A DNA stretch of 60,390 nt, taken from positions 1 through 60,390 of IMG/VR virus record IMGVR_UViG_3300025009_000111; one strand, 5' to 3'. Positions within the stretch are counted from its first letter, which is position 1, and each line of letters begins with the position of its first letter. This document shows positions 36,191 to 46,171 of the stretch, piece by piece. This DNA comes from a virus (taxonomy: Duplodnaviria; Caudoviricetes). The notes beneath the pieces were generated by a model that saw nothing but the letters and a program-made list of their open reading frames with translations, did not search any database and was not told the origin of the DNA. The position numbers were made by a program, and so were the translations under genes.

Positions 36191-37792
36191 ATGCCACGAG
36201 GAGATAGTGTTATCAATGGTGGACCCGGAAGCGGAAACTTTGGACACGCGGGAATCCCTGGTCAGGTGGGAGGTAGTGCCGGTGTGGAGGGGGGAAGCAA
36301 AGAGCGTTTTAAACAGGCGTTAGAAGAATTTAAGGAGATCATCGGGGGTATCAATAAAGAGGAAGCCAAGATGGGGACTACGGGAGCATTACAGAAAAGT
36401 GCAGTACCAATTTGGGACACCCTTTACAAAAAGTATCGGCTGGATGAGGAAGATTCTAAAAAGTCCAATCAAGCACCGTCCGGCTTCTACGCAATCAAGA
36501 CGAACGTCAGTCCGTTGGTTCGGAACGAAACACTGGATGGACGTTCGTACCTAGTCTTCCCCGCTATCCTGATCAACGAGGGAGTGCACAATGGATCGCA
36601 AGGGCCACTGTTCTACCCCGCCAAAGCGTTGCAGTCCACCGTGGAAAGCTGGAACCACAAACCCGTCCTGGTCTACCACCCCGAATTGAATGGCAAGCCT
36701 TGCGGATCGTGCAACCCCAAGGTGCTGGAAGCCCAGAAGGTTGGTTTTTTAATGAATGCAGAGTGGGTGCCGGAAGGGAACAAGCTGCGGTCGGACGTGT
36801 GGCTGGACGTGGAGAAGTGCAAGACGGTAAGCCAACCCGTGCTGGATAAGATCCAATTGAACCAGATGATCGAAGTGTCCACCGGACTGTACACGGACGA
36901 CAAGCCTGTGGAAAACGCTGAAGGGGAAGCCGTGTTCAACGGCAAGAAGTACCGGAAGATTACAACCAACCATCGTCCCGATCACCTCGCACTGTTGCCG
37001 GATCGCAAGGGGGCATGTTCGATTGCGGATGGGGCAGGAGCACCCAGGCTGAACGAGGAGAACTCTGAAGTAGAAGAGGAAGCGGAAGACGGGGTGAAGC
37101 AGGTGAAGGAAAAGACCAAGGGCAAGAAACCCGCCTTCAACGAATTGTCCCACGACGAAGTTCGTTGTGCCATCCGGGAAGCGGTCCAGGCCAAGTACCC
37201 CTCCAATTCCCCGATGGGTGGGATGGTTCCGCGTCCATACGTTATGGAAGTGTACCCCGACTATTGCATTTTCGAAGTGGGTGGAATCGAGGTTGGAGGA
37301 AAATCTACCAATCTCTGGAAACAGGGGTATATATTAGATCAAGAATCGGACACAGTTGAGTTGGATGGTGAACCGGAACAAGTGCAACGCAAAGTCACAT
37401 ATGAACCAGTAACCCTGAACCAGGAAGCAGAGGAGAAGCAGAACATGGCCGATGAAAAGAAAGTCGAAATCCCCGCAATCGTGGAGAAGCCTGCCCCGAC
37501 CTTCAACGAATTGTTGAATGCAGCACCGGCTGAGATTCGCGAAAGCATCGAGCAGGGCACCAAGATGGTCAAGGCCAAACGTGCGGAATTTTCCGCCACG
37601 ATCAAGGCCAACAGCAAGAACAAGTTCACTGACGAACAGTTGAACGCAATGCCGTTCGAGACGCTGGACACGATTGCCGCGATGGCCGTGGTTCCGACGT
37701 TTGCGGGTCAGGGCGGGGAAGTCAAAGCCCCCAAGGCCAACGAAGCGAAGATTGCCCCGTTGCCATTGCCCGACTACAGCCCCAAGAAGTAA
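36191..37792 (+). CDS. Prohead protease/scaffold (DUF2213-type)
   Basis: EGVHNG, WN.KPV...HP, EVSTG, PDHLALLP...GACS..DG.G; N-terminal GGPGSGNFGHAG motif; charged C-terminal scaffold. Confidence 0.85.
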   Translation: MPRGDSVINGGPGSGNFGHAGIPGQVGGSAGVEGGSKERFKQALEEFKEIIGGINKEEAKMGTTGALQKSAVPIWDTLYKKYRLDEEDSKKSNQAPSGFYAIKTNVSPLVRNETLDGRSYLVFPAILINEGVHNGSQGPLFYPAKALQSTVESWNHKPVLVYHPELNGKPCGSCNPKVLEAQKVGFLMNAEWVPEGNKLRSDVWLDVEKCKTVSQPVLDKIQLNQMIEVSTGLYTDDKPVENAEGEAVFNGKKYRKITTNHRPDHLALLPDRKGACSIADGAGAPRLNEENSEVEEEAEDGVKQVKEKTKGKKPAFNELSHDEVRCAIREAVQAKYPSNSPMGGMVPRPYVMEVYPDYCIFEVGGIEVGGKSTNLWKQGYILDQESDTVELDGEPEQVQRKVTYEPVTLNQEAEEKQNMADEKKVEIPAIVEKPAPTFNELLNAAPAEIRESIEQGTKMVKAKRAEFSATIKANSKNKFTDEQLNAMPFETLDTIAAMAVVPTFAGQGGEVKAPKANEAKIAPLPLPDYSPKK

Positions 37793-37851
37793 CCCCAACA
37801 CCATTTGACCATAGGTTGAAGTAACAGGAACAAGAACAGGAGTAAAGAAAC

Positions 37852-38328
37852 ATGAGCGTTACGAACACCAGCTACATTTTCAAGATCGCGCTGGACACCC
37901 CGGCCCACGTGATGGAACGTCTGTGTGCAAGCACAATCCTCCCCGGCATGCTGATCGAAGCTTATGCTGACACGACCGAGAAAGTCCGTGCCCACAGCAC
38001 TGCTAATGGCCCGGCTGAAGCCATGTTCGCCCTTGAGAACAGTCTCCAAGGCGAAGGCATCACGGATGCGTACACGACCGGCGACCGTGTGACCTGCGGC
38101 GTTTTCAACAAGGGCGACCGTGTGTACTGCCGTATTGCCAACGGCGTCAATTGCGCTATCGGCTCCAAGCTCGTCAGCAATGGTGACGGGTACATGAAGC
38201 TGTACGTTCAGGAAGCGTCTGCTGCAGTCGTTCCGGTTCACCCCATTCTCCAGTCTGAACAGGCCGTGGACATGAGTGGTTCTTCCGGCGTAGACCCCGA
38301 CGGGTTCTGCATTGCTCGCGTGATCTAA
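37852..38328 (+). CDS. Head decoration/cement protein
   Basis: I.PGMLI...G..L.SNGDG..K pattern; lies between protease and capsid genes. Confidence 0.7.
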   Translation: MSVTNTSYIFKIALDTPAHVMERLCASTILPGMLIEAYADTTEKVRAHSTANGPAEAMFALENSLQGEGITDAYTTGDRVTCGVFNKGDRVYCRIANGVNCAIGSKLVSNGDGYMKLYVQEASAAVVPVHPILQSEQAVDMSGSSGVDPDGFCIARVI

Positions 38329-38384
38329 CCCCGACACAATTCATCAGGACCTAATAGGAAACAAGGAACAAGGAGACGAAGACA

Positions 38385-39458
38385 ATGGGTAACGAAGCGG
38401 CAGTACAGATTGAAATGATCAACAACGGTGGTCCCATCGCGGATCTGCTGTTGAAAAACAACATGAACGTGAACGCCCTGCGTCCGTTCGTGGCGGAAGA
38501 TGGACGCAGTTACATCAATTGCGTGAACAACGACGGTTCTTTGGGCACCCAGCCAGTCACCAACGCCACCCTCCGTAAGGATGAGTGGATTCTGTTGGAC
38601 AAGGTTGTAACCCAGGCGGCAACTCAGCGTCAGCGCGTGGTTGCGTCCCTTCGCAATCGTGGGCTGACGTTCCCCCTGCCCAACGGGATGAACCACACCA
38701 TCCTCCAGTACCAGAACCAGAGCGATACGAGTGCGGCACAGGTCACAATGGATGCCATCACTAAGGGAACTGCTGACAGACCGCAGTTCGATCTGACGTC
38801 CCTCCCGCTCCCCCTGGTCACGAAGGACTTCGACTTCACCGCTCGTGAGCTGGCCACGTCCCGTAACATGGGACTTCCGCTGGACACGATGCAAGCGGCA
38901 GTCAGTTCCCGTCGGTGCATGGAAATGGTTGAACAGATGATCACCGGCACGGCCACAGCACTGGCCTTCGGTGGTGGCACGGTTTTCGGGCTGACGAACT
39001 ACACTTACCGGCACACCAAGTCCCTGGTGAGCTGGCTGGGTAGCACCAAAACCACCGTCCAAATCATCACCGACGTCCTTGCCATGAAGCAGACGTTGAT
39101 CTCGGATCGGATGTTCGGCCCGTATGCGCTGTACGTTTCCAGCGACTACGAAACCCTGCTGGACAAGGATTACCTCCCCAGCACCACGACCCCGACCTCC
39201 AGCGACACCCTCCGCTCCCGCTTGCTCAAGATCGACGGGATTGCGGAAGTGACCACGCTGGACTTCCTGGGCACAGAGACGGTCATCCTGGTGCAGTTGA
39301 CCAATGACTGTATCGAACTGATCGATGGGTTCATGCCGACCCTGATCCAGTGGCAGCCGGAACCGATGCGGTACTGCTTCAAGATCATCACGCTGCTGGT
39401 TCCCCGCATCCGATCCGACTACAACAATCGGTGCGGAATCGTTCATGCTGCGGTCTAG
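38385..39458 (+). CDS. Major capsid protein (HK97 fold, linocin/encapsulin-like)
   Basis: NATLRKDEW..LD..V, PLP...KDF....REL..SR, PRIRSD....GIVH; strong codon bias. Confidence 0.88.
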   Translation: MGNEAAVQIEMINNGGPIADLLLKNNMNVNALRPFVAEDGRSYINCVNNDGSLGTQPVTNATLRKDEWILLDKVVTQAATQRQRVVASLRNRGLTFPLPNGMNHTILQYQNQSDTSAAQVTMDAITKGTADRPQFDLTSLPLPLVTKDFDFTARELATSRNMGLPLDTMQAAVSSRRCMEMVEQMITGTATALAFGGGTVFGLTNYTYRHTKSLVSWLGSTKTTVQIITDVLAMKQTLISDRMFGPYALYVSSDYETLLDKDYLPSTTTPTSSDTLRSRLLKIDGIAEVTTLDFLGTETVILVQLTNDCIELIDGFMPTLIQWQPEPMRYCFKIITLLVPRIRSDYNNRCGIVHAAV

Positions 39459-39492
39459 GATTACGTGGGCACGTAATCGCTGAGTTGGTTGG

Positions 39493-39535
39493 AAGCGGGT
39501 ACGGAATAGCCCTTAGAATTCCGTACCCGCTTTTT
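39493..39535 (+). terminator. Rho-independent terminator after the capsid gene
   Basis: 15-bp perfect stem AAGCGGGTACGGAAT/ATTCCGTACCCGCTT plus T tract. Confidence 0.8.
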
Positions 39536-39570
39536 CATTTCTGAGGGAAATTGATCAACAGGAGAGAAAC

Positions 39571-39993
39571 ATGAAGCGGTTCCAGGTTACTAATGGGCAT
39601 CACACGGACATCGATGGAAAACAGTACCGCAAGGGGGATATCATTGAGTCTGAACGCGATTTGGACACGGAGTGGGCGGGAAGGTTCAAGAGCGTTGGGG
39701 AAACGGTCAAAGAAAACCCCAGTATTCCCGCAGTTTTGAAGGACGAAGACTCCACCCCAGGTACTATTACGGTTTCCACCGCCGAAACGCAGAAACCCCA
39801 GGCTATCCCGCTAGTTTCCAGACGGAGACGGGATGAACCGGCTAAGATGGAAACTACCCTTCCCCGATTCGTGACAAAAAAGGGTGCCGCTGGTACGTGG
39901 AACGTGATTAACACGTCCACAAACGTCACGATGAATTCCCGCCGATTGTCAAAGGCTGAAGCGGAAGCCCTTGTCAAGTCCCTAACCGTCTAA
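39571..39993 (+). CDS. Hypothetical head-associated protein
   Basis: SD AGGAG; Y.KGDIIES motif; directly after the capsid gene. Confidence 0.65.
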   Translation: MKRFQVTNGHHTDIDGKQYRKGDIIESERDLDTEWAGRFKSVGETVKENPSIPAVLKDEDSTPGTITVSTAETQKPQAIPLVSRRRRDEPAKMETTLPRFVTKKGAAGTWNVINTSTNVTMNSRRLSKAEAEALVKSLTV

Positions 39994-39998
39994 CCCTA

Positions 39999-40631
39999 AT
40001 GGAATACGATACCCCCAACTGGTGGCGGGTGCCGGACATGTGGAGGGGGGCTGAAGTGTTTCTGATCGGTGGCGGTGCGTCATTGGTTGGATTCGACTTC
40101 GCCCCCCTCCGTGGCCGTCACGTAATCGGGTGTAACGATGCCTTCATCAAGTTGGGGGCAGAGGTTGTACCCGTGTCCGTCTTCGGGGACGGTGCGTGGT
40201 ACTTCGCTCACAAGGCGGATTGTATTGCTTACCCCGGATTGCTGATCACGTGTGCCCCCGAATGCTATGGATACCCTAACCTGCACGCCACCTCCCGTAA
40301 GATGAACGAAGTTACCTCCATGGGATCGGACGCTTTGGGGTGGCACTTCAATACGGGGGCGTTGGCAATCCAGTTGGCCGCGAGCATGGGGGCGTCCCGG
40401 ATCGTGCTGTTAGGGTATGATATGAAGTGTGCGGCGAACAAGCGGCACAATAACTGGTATCGGGAGAAGGATGATAATACAGACGCCCACTATCAGCGGT
40501 TCCTCCGGTGTTTTGCTGACTTCCAGGGTCAGTTCAAAACAGTGTTCCCGGACGTGGAAGTGTTAAATGCAGGTCCGGATAGTGTACTGACGGGATACAA
40601 AATGGTCGAATTGGGGATGGTGTTGAAATGA
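39999..40631 (+). CDS. MAF/DUF115-like (sialyltransferase-like Rossmann) putative glycosyltransferase
   Basis: LIGGGASL, IGCNDA, NTG..AIQLA...GA..IVLLGYD, V.NA. Confidence 0.65.
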   Translation: MEYDTPNWWRVPDMWRGAEVFLIGGGASLVGFDFAPLRGRHVIGCNDAFIKLGAEVVPVSVFGDGAWYFAHKADCIAYPGLLITCAPECYGYPNLHATSRKMNEVTSMGSDALGWHFNTGALAIQLAASMGASRIVLLGYDMKCAANKRHNNWYREKDDNTDAHYQRFLRCFADFQGQFKTVFPDVEVLNAGPDSVLTGYKMVELGMVLK

Positions 40632-41911
40632 CCAATACTTTTGTATGTGTGTTAAAAAGTGGAGGGGACTTCAGTTTGGATTATGTGCGGGTGCTTTACC
40701 GTCGGTTGAAAGACCAGTGTAAAGCCCCTTGGGAATTGGTGTGCTTGACAGATCTGGTGTATGAGGAACTGGTATACCAGGGGGTTCGGTTTGTTCCTTT
40801 GCAGGAGAATTGGCCGGGGCGTTGGAGCAAGATCGAATTGTTCCGTCCAGAAATGAGACGTTTCCTTCCCTTCCTGTTTGTGGATCTGGATACGTTTATT
40901 TTGCGGAACCCTGATGGGATGATGCAGAGTTTGCGCAATATAAACAAATGGACAATGCTGAAAGACCTATACCGTCCCGAAAGGCCAGCATCCGGGCTAA
41001 TGTATTTCCCCGAAGGTGAACCAGATTATGGAGTGTGGAATGAATTTGTAAGTAACGGGGAATATATTTTGGCAAAGGATGGGGGGAGAGCAGATGATGG
41101 GGAATTTATCTACCGGCATACATATCCTCAAATGTTTTTCCAGGACGCCTTCCCTAATGCCATCACATCGTTTAAACCGTTAAATGAAAAACGGGAACCT
41201 GTGTGGTTGAGTAGCCTTCCGGAAAAAGAAGTGTTTGTCTGCTTTCACGGAAATCCACGTCCCCGGATCGCCGCTCAGAAAGTGCCGTGGGTGTCGTTGT
41301 ACTGGAATATCGGGGAAACCACTGCCTATTCAAACTACACCCATCGATATGAAGGCACTCTAGCCATCGTGGGTTCTGCTCCATCCTGGAAAAAGGATTT
41401 TGATTGGGTAAAGAAAAACCGTCCTGAATATCGGGTCATGACTATTGGACACGCGGCGGGGTTTGTACAAGCGGATTTCGTGGTTACGGATCATTATGAG
41501 GTGCATTCCATCTTGACGAAGCTACAGCTACAGTTCCACGATCAGTTCACTCAGCACTGCACCCGCTGTTCATTCTGGCAACGGTTCACCAAGTGGGTGG
41601 ACTATTGGTGGGACTGGGAGCGGTCAGATTGTTCGTCCGTCCACACGGCAATACGGATCGGGCTGGCTATGGGGTTCACTGAGATCATCCTTTGCGGTTC
41701 CCCGTTGGAACACGCCAAGATACAGCACAAGGAACAAATTAAAAAGGATGGTGCCGATTGGCCCCCACCAAATACAGAGGGGGGCAGGGGGTCGGATGAC
41801 CAACTTGGGTGGTACCAGGAGAATTTCCAAAAGCATGTTCCGGAGTGGAAGGGTAAAGTGTTTAGCCTTTCCGGCTTTACGCGTGAACAATTGGGAGGAC
41901 CAAAAGCATGA
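40628..41911 (+). CDS. Two-domain glycosyltransferase: GT8-like GT-A plus MAF-like domain
   Basis: CVLKSGG..YV..L, CLTD, WSKIELF, FVDLD, FHGNPRP; then IVGSAP...SS...AI..G..MGF..IILCG.P. Confidence 0.7.
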   Translation: MTNTFVCVLKSGGDFSLDYVRVLYRRLKDQCKAPWELVCLTDLVYEELVYQGVRFVPLQENWPGRWSKIELFRPEMRRFLPFLFVDLDTFILRNPDGMMQSLRNINKWTMLKDLYRPERPASGLMYFPEGEPDYGVWNEFVSNGEYILAKDGGRADDGEFIYRHTYPQMFFQDAFPNAITSFKPLNEKREPVWLSSLPEKEVFVCFHGNPRPRIAAQKVPWVSLYWNIGETTAYSNYTHRYEGTLAIVGSAPSWKKDFDWVKKNRPEYRVMTIGHAAGFVQADFVVTDHYEVHSILTKLQLQFHDQFTQHCTRCSFWQRFTKWVDYWWDWERSDCSSVHTAIRIGLAMGFTEIILCGSPLEHAKIQHKEQIKKDGADWPPPNTEGGRGSDDQLGWYQENFQKHVPEWKGKVFSLSGFTREQLGGPKA

Positions 41912-42621
41912 TAAGTGTTTTGATGCCAACACGGGGACGATTAGATTTAGCGGCACGTGCCCAGAAGTCGATCAAGGACAATAACGCAGGACGGGTTGAG
42001 TTGCTGATGTACGTGGACAATGACGATAACACGGACTATGAACAACTGGACCGCAAGGACGGACTTCTCCGCACAAAGGTATTCCGCTCAGATCCCAAGA
42101 CTGTAGGCAAGGCGTGGAACGACCTATACGCGTGTTCCAAGGGCGACTTGATAATGATGGGCAATGACGACTTGGTTTGGAAGACCCCCGGATGGGATTT
42201 GATGGTGGAAGAGGTATACCAACGGAAGTTTCCCGACAACCTTGGGGTCATGTGGTGTGATGACGGAAGCGGACGGGGTGGACTTCCCTGCTGTTTTCCG
42301 ATTGTGAGTAAGTTGTGGTGTTCTGCTCTGGGTCAGTTTACCCCGGAGCATTTCCACTTCCTCTGGAACGATACGTGGATACATGACGTGGGGGTGAAAG
42401 CGGGGTTGACCCACTATTTGCCTTTCGTGTTGATCGAACATCGACATTTCACGCACCAGAAAGCAGACTATGATGAGACCTATCGAAGACATCGGGAGGG
42501 GCTGAATGCCTGTCGAAAGCGGCAAGAGGATCAGGCGGAGTTCCGGGCTACGGAACCGGAACGGCTGGCGCAGGCACGGCGGATTCAATCACTGGTCGGG
42601 GCAGGAAAGGTGACAGTATGA
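41908..42621 (+). CDS. GT2-family glycosyltransferase
   Basis: ISVLMPTRGR, VDNDD, AWN, GNDD, GWD, D.W, IEHRH. Confidence 0.8.
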   Translation: MISVLMPTRGRLDLAARAQKSIKDNNAGRVELLMYVDNDDNTDYEQLDRKDGLLRTKVFRSDPKTVGKAWNDLYACSKGDLIMMGNDDLVWKTPGWDLMVEEVYQRKFPDNLGVMWCDDGSGRGGLPCCFPIVSKLWCSALGQFTPEHFHFLWNDTWIHDVGVKAGLTHYLPFVLIEHRHFTHQKADYDETYRRHREGLNACRKRQEDQAEFRATEPERLAQARRIQSLVGAGKVTV

Positions 42622-43178
42622 TTGATGTTGAAGATATCCTTCATTACTGGAGTGGCCCCAAGGGCATCCACCGCATAGCACCCCCTAATCAATGGGACAT
42701 AGCACCTACCGACGTGGTGCGTCTTATGTGTACGTGCAGGGGTAAGACCTGCGAAGTGGGTTGCGGAATCGGGAGGTTGGCCGCATACTTCCGCAAAGAT
42801 TCGTACGTGGGGGTGGATATCAACGGGGAAGCCATCCGGGTAGCAAACAACGATTTGCCCACGCATACCTTTGCCCAAATTCCGTGGGGTGGGGCACTAC
42901 CTACGGCAGATACATACCTGCTGTGGACGGTTGCCCTTCACGTACCAGACGAAGTGATCCGGGGATTCCTTGCCGGGATGGACAACCGGATTGTCATTGT
43001 GGAGAGTATGGACAGGACGTATCGGACAAGCCGTTTTATGTTTCAACGTGACCCGGAGGAGTATCAGGATTTGTTGAAGTCTTTGGGGTATGGCATTGAA
43101 TTGTATGAACGGATTTCGATACCTAATTACCCGCATCACCAGGATTGGATCATAGCTCAAAAGGAGAAAGTACAATGA
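42618..43178 (+). CDS. Class I SAM-dependent methyltransferase
   Basis: EVGCGIGR, YVGVDIN, VALHVPD. Confidence 0.8.
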   Translation: MIDVEDILHYWSGPKGIHRIAPPNQWDIAPTDVVRLMCTCRGKTCEVGCGIGRLAAYFRKDSYVGVDINGEAIRVANNDLPTHTFAQIPWGGALPTADTYLLWTVALHVPDEVIRGFLAGMDNRIVIVESMDRTYRTSRFMFQRDPEEYQDLLKSLGYGIELYERISIPNYPHHQDWIIAQKEKVQ

Positions 43179-44437
43179 AGGTTGGGATGATTGGACTGGG
43201 CAAGTTAGGCCTGCCCGTGGCCGTGGCCATGGCACACCAGGGGCATGACGTGACGGGGTACGACGCAAATCCCCAGCGTATGTCCAAGAATCCGCCAGCA
43301 GAGGCAGAGGCTGGACTAGATGGCGGGGTTAGGGGCTTCGACGCTTTACTGGCCAGTAGCACTATCAAATTCGACACGCTAGAAGGGACGGTGAGGGACG
43401 CCGAGATTATCTTTGTCGCGATTCAGACGCCTCACCAGCCGCAATTTGAGGGGGTTACGCCACTCCCCCCATCCCGCGCAGACTTTGACTACATCCACCT
43501 TGTACGTGCAGTGGGTAGTCTCGTTCCGTGGGTTGTTCGGGATACCCCCGTGGTCATCATTTCCACGTGCCTTCCGGGTACCGTCGCCCGTGAAATCCTC
43601 CCCGTGTGTAGCGTCAACCCTCACATCCGAATTTGTTACAATCCGTTTTTCATCGCAATGGGAACAGTCGTATACGACTTTTTGAATCCGGAATTTGTCT
43701 TGCTTGGGGTGGATGATCCATGGGCGGGAGATCAGGTGGAGCAGTTCTACAAAGAAACGATCCCGTGGGCGGGAGTACGTCGGATGTCAATTCCTTCCGC
43801 AGAGTTGACCAAGGTGGCGTATAACACATACATCAGCTTTAAGATCGGATTCGTGAATCTGCTACAGGAGATCTGCCACAAGATCCCTGGTTCCAATGTG
43901 GACGATGTGACGAACGCGCTGAAATGTGCAGACAAGCGGTTGATTTCCACGGCGTACATGTCCGCAGGTATGGGCGACGGCGGCGGCTGCCACCCCCGAG
44001 ACAACATCGCAATGTCGTATCTCGCTGAGACGCTGGACTTGGGTTTTGACCTATTTGAATCCGTGATGCTGGCGAGGCAGGGGCACGCGGAATGGATCGC
44101 ACGGATTATCATCAACAAGCATCAGACCACCGGGCTTCCTGTGGTAGTTCTTGGGGTGGCGTTCAAACCGGAGACAAACTTGATCACGGGCAGTCCCTCC
44201 CGGTTGGTGGTACACTACCTGAAGCGGAGAATACGGGAAGATCTGATCAGCGTATATGACCCGCATGTTTTACCAGATCATTCCGTGGAATGGAAACCGG
44301 CTATATATTTTATTGGGTGTAAGCATGCGTGGTCCGAAACGTATTTGCCCCCAGAAGGGTCGGTTGTGATTGATCCCTTCCGGTACTGGGTCAGGCGTCC
44401 AGGTATTGAGTACATTCCTCTGGGCAAAGGAGTATAA
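43175..44437 (+). CDS. ugd: UDP-glucose/GDP-mannose dehydrogenase family
   Basis: GLGKLGLP, IQTP, ST..PGT, YNP.F, AELTK..YN, GGGCHPRD, LGVAFKP.T. Confidence 0.9.
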   Translation: MKVGMIGLGKLGLPVAVAMAHQGHDVTGYDANPQRMSKNPPAEAEAGLDGGVRGFDALLASSTIKFDTLEGTVRDAEIIFVAIQTPHQPQFEGVTPLPPSRADFDYIHLVRAVGSLVPWVVRDTPVVIISTCLPGTVAREILPVCSVNPHIRICYNPFFIAMGTVVYDFLNPEFVLLGVDDPWAGDQVEQFYKETIPWAGVRRMSIPSAELTKVAYNTYISFKIGFVNLLQEICHKIPGSNVDDVTNALKCADKRLISTAYMSAGMGDGGGCHPRDNIAMSYLAETLDLGFDLFESVMLARQGHAEWIARIIINKHQTTGLPVVVLGVAFKPETNLITGSPSRLVVHYLKRRIREDLISVYDPHVLPDHSVEWKPAIYFIGCKHAWSETYLPPEGSVVIDPFRYWVRRPGIEYIPLGKGV

Positions 44438-44440
44438 ACG

Positions 44441-44875
44441 ATGGCATATTACAACGATGCTGAAGACGTAAAAGCCATTTTTACCACGGATATGACTGAT
44501 CCGACGGTGGAGCGGTTTATCCGTATGGCCAATATCATGTTGACCAACGTGTTTACGGCCACGGATGCAATGTCCGATGACGAAATGGAAATGCTGGAGC
44601 TGCTTCTGGCCTGCCACTTCTGTTGTCTGAATGATCCTCGCCAACAATCCCTTGGTGTTGGACGTGCGAATGAATCCCGGCAGGGGACCACGGGAATGCG
44701 ATTGTCCGCTTCCACATACGGGCAACAGGCTATGGCTTTTGATCGTACCGGGAAGCTGACTGCAAGGGATTCGGCTAATTTCCAAAAGGCTTCCCTGGAC
44801 TTTGCCGGGTCTGATGTTTCGGATCGGCTGACGGGGGATACGTACAACAGTGACTACGGGATTCCGACCATATGA
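44441..44875 (+). CDS. Head-tail adaptor/connector protein
   Basis: LACHF, T.YGQ.A...D..G.L pattern; position. Confidence 0.7.
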   Translation: MAYYNDAEDVKAIFTTDMTDPTVERFIRMANIMLTNVFTATDAMSDDEMEMLELLLACHFCCLNDPRQQSLGVGRANESRQGTTGMRLSASTYGQQAMAFDRTGKLTARDSANFQKASLDFAGSDVSDRLTGDTYNSDYGIPTI

Positions 44876-45225
44876 GCATTATCAATCAACTCCTCCGACA
44901 GAAAGCGGTTTGGTGGGCTAAGTCCACGATGGATGTTTACGGTAAGCCCACATACCTCGCTCCTGCGGAAATCCGGTGTCGTTGGGAACCGGATCAACGG
45001 GAGATCGTGGACGCTTCCGGATTGAAGCGAATGGCCAGTGCTGCTGTGGATCACGATACCCCGTCTGTTACAACCGGGGATGTGCTTTACTTGGGAAATC
45101 TGACGGATCTTACCACACCGCAAAAAGCAGATCCTGAAAGTGTAACGGGGGTCTGGAAGGTGCAGCGGGTGGAAACTACGCCGGATGTGCCTCAGCGTCA
45201 ACAGTGGAGAACGGCATACCTGTGA
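44872..45225 (+). CDS. Head closure protein
   Basis: D.YG.P....P.EI.CRWE, terminal AYL. Confidence 0.7.
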   Translation: MSIINQLLRQKAVWWAKSTMDVYGKPTYLAPAEIRCRWEPDQREIVDASGLKRMASAAVDHDTPSVTTGDVLYLGNLTDLTTPQKADPESVTGVWKVQRVETTPDVPQRQQWRTAYL

Positions 45226-45728
45226 ACAGCGTGACCATAAAATTAGATGGTGTGCAGGGAGTTTTAAACGAACTGAATTCCCAGATTGCCAAGATCCAGG
45301 GGCGTACACGTAAGGGTCTCATTGAGGCGGGGTTGATGATCCTGGCCAAAGCACAGAAGAATACCCCGGTGGATACGGGCAACCTGAAAGCGTCAGCATC
45401 CCTGATTCCATCTGCAATGGCAGCAGTCCCCACGCCAGTATGGGACACCGACAGCAAGAACCCCAAGCGAAAGAACCCCACGCATTTAAGCGGGGAAACC
45501 ATATCGGAACTGTCCGCTGGGTTTGAGACGATGGTGGGGGAGTCCAAAGCGGAGATTGCCTCAGATGCCACAAAGCACATCGATTCCGTGATCGTGGGGT
45601 ACGGTGCGTACTATGCGGTGTTCGTACACGAGAAAGCTGGCCCCAAGATGAAATTTCTGGAGAACGCTGTGAAGTCCGAAACCAACGCAGTACTTGAACG
45701 AATACGAAGACGGGCGGTGATAGCATGA
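45222..45728 (+). CDS. HK97 gp10-like neck/tail completion protein
   Basis: PVDTGNLKAS, YAVFVHE, KFLE.A. Confidence 0.8.
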   Translation: MNSVTIKLDGVQGVLNELNSQIAKIQGRTRKGLIEAGLMILAKAQKNTPVDTGNLKASASLIPSAMAAVPTPVWDTDSKNPKRKNPTHLSGETISELSAGFETMVGESKAEIASDATKHIDSVIVGYGAYYAVFVHEKAGPKMKFLENAVKSETNAVLERIRRRAVIA

Positions 45729-46132
45729 ATTCAACAGCTATGGACATAGCCGGATTTTTGGAAACCGGATTGTGGATTCGGGGCACCAACCTATTTGTAG
45801 GGTTGTTTCCCGATCTTCCGGTTCAGGCCATCTGCGTATACGATACCATGGGCACTTCCCCGGATCGGTATCAAGACCCCATGAAAGCCCCCACGGAGAA
45901 GCCGGGGGTACAGATCACGGTGCGTTCTGCTACATACGATACGGGGTATCACATTGCGCGGAATGTCGCGTGTGCCTTACGTTTGATTACCAATCAGACA
46001 GTGGTGGGGGATGGGGACGCTGTGCGATACGGTATCATAAACCAACAGGGGGATATATTACCATTAGGCAAAGATGAGCGTCAACGGTATACGTTCAGCA
46101 TGAGCTTTTCGGTTGTCCGGGAACAAGTGTAG
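45725..46132 (+). CDS. Tail terminator/minor structural protein
   Basis: LFVG..PD.P, YDT.G, P.VQI.VR, LGKDE..R..FS. Confidence 0.75.
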   Translation: MNSTAMDIAGFLETGLWIRGTNLFVGLFPDLPVQAICVYDTMGTSPDRYQDPMKAPTEKPGVQITVRSATYDTGYHIARNVACALRLITNQTVVGDGDAVRYGIINQQGDILPLGKDERQRYTFSMSFSVVREQV

Positions 46133-46171
46133 AGAGTAGAGTCAAGGAACAGAAGAACAGGAGTACAGACC

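Noticed and set aside
38325-39446. 373-aa minus-strand ORF
   Set aside because: Antisense to the major capsid gene, no independent motifs
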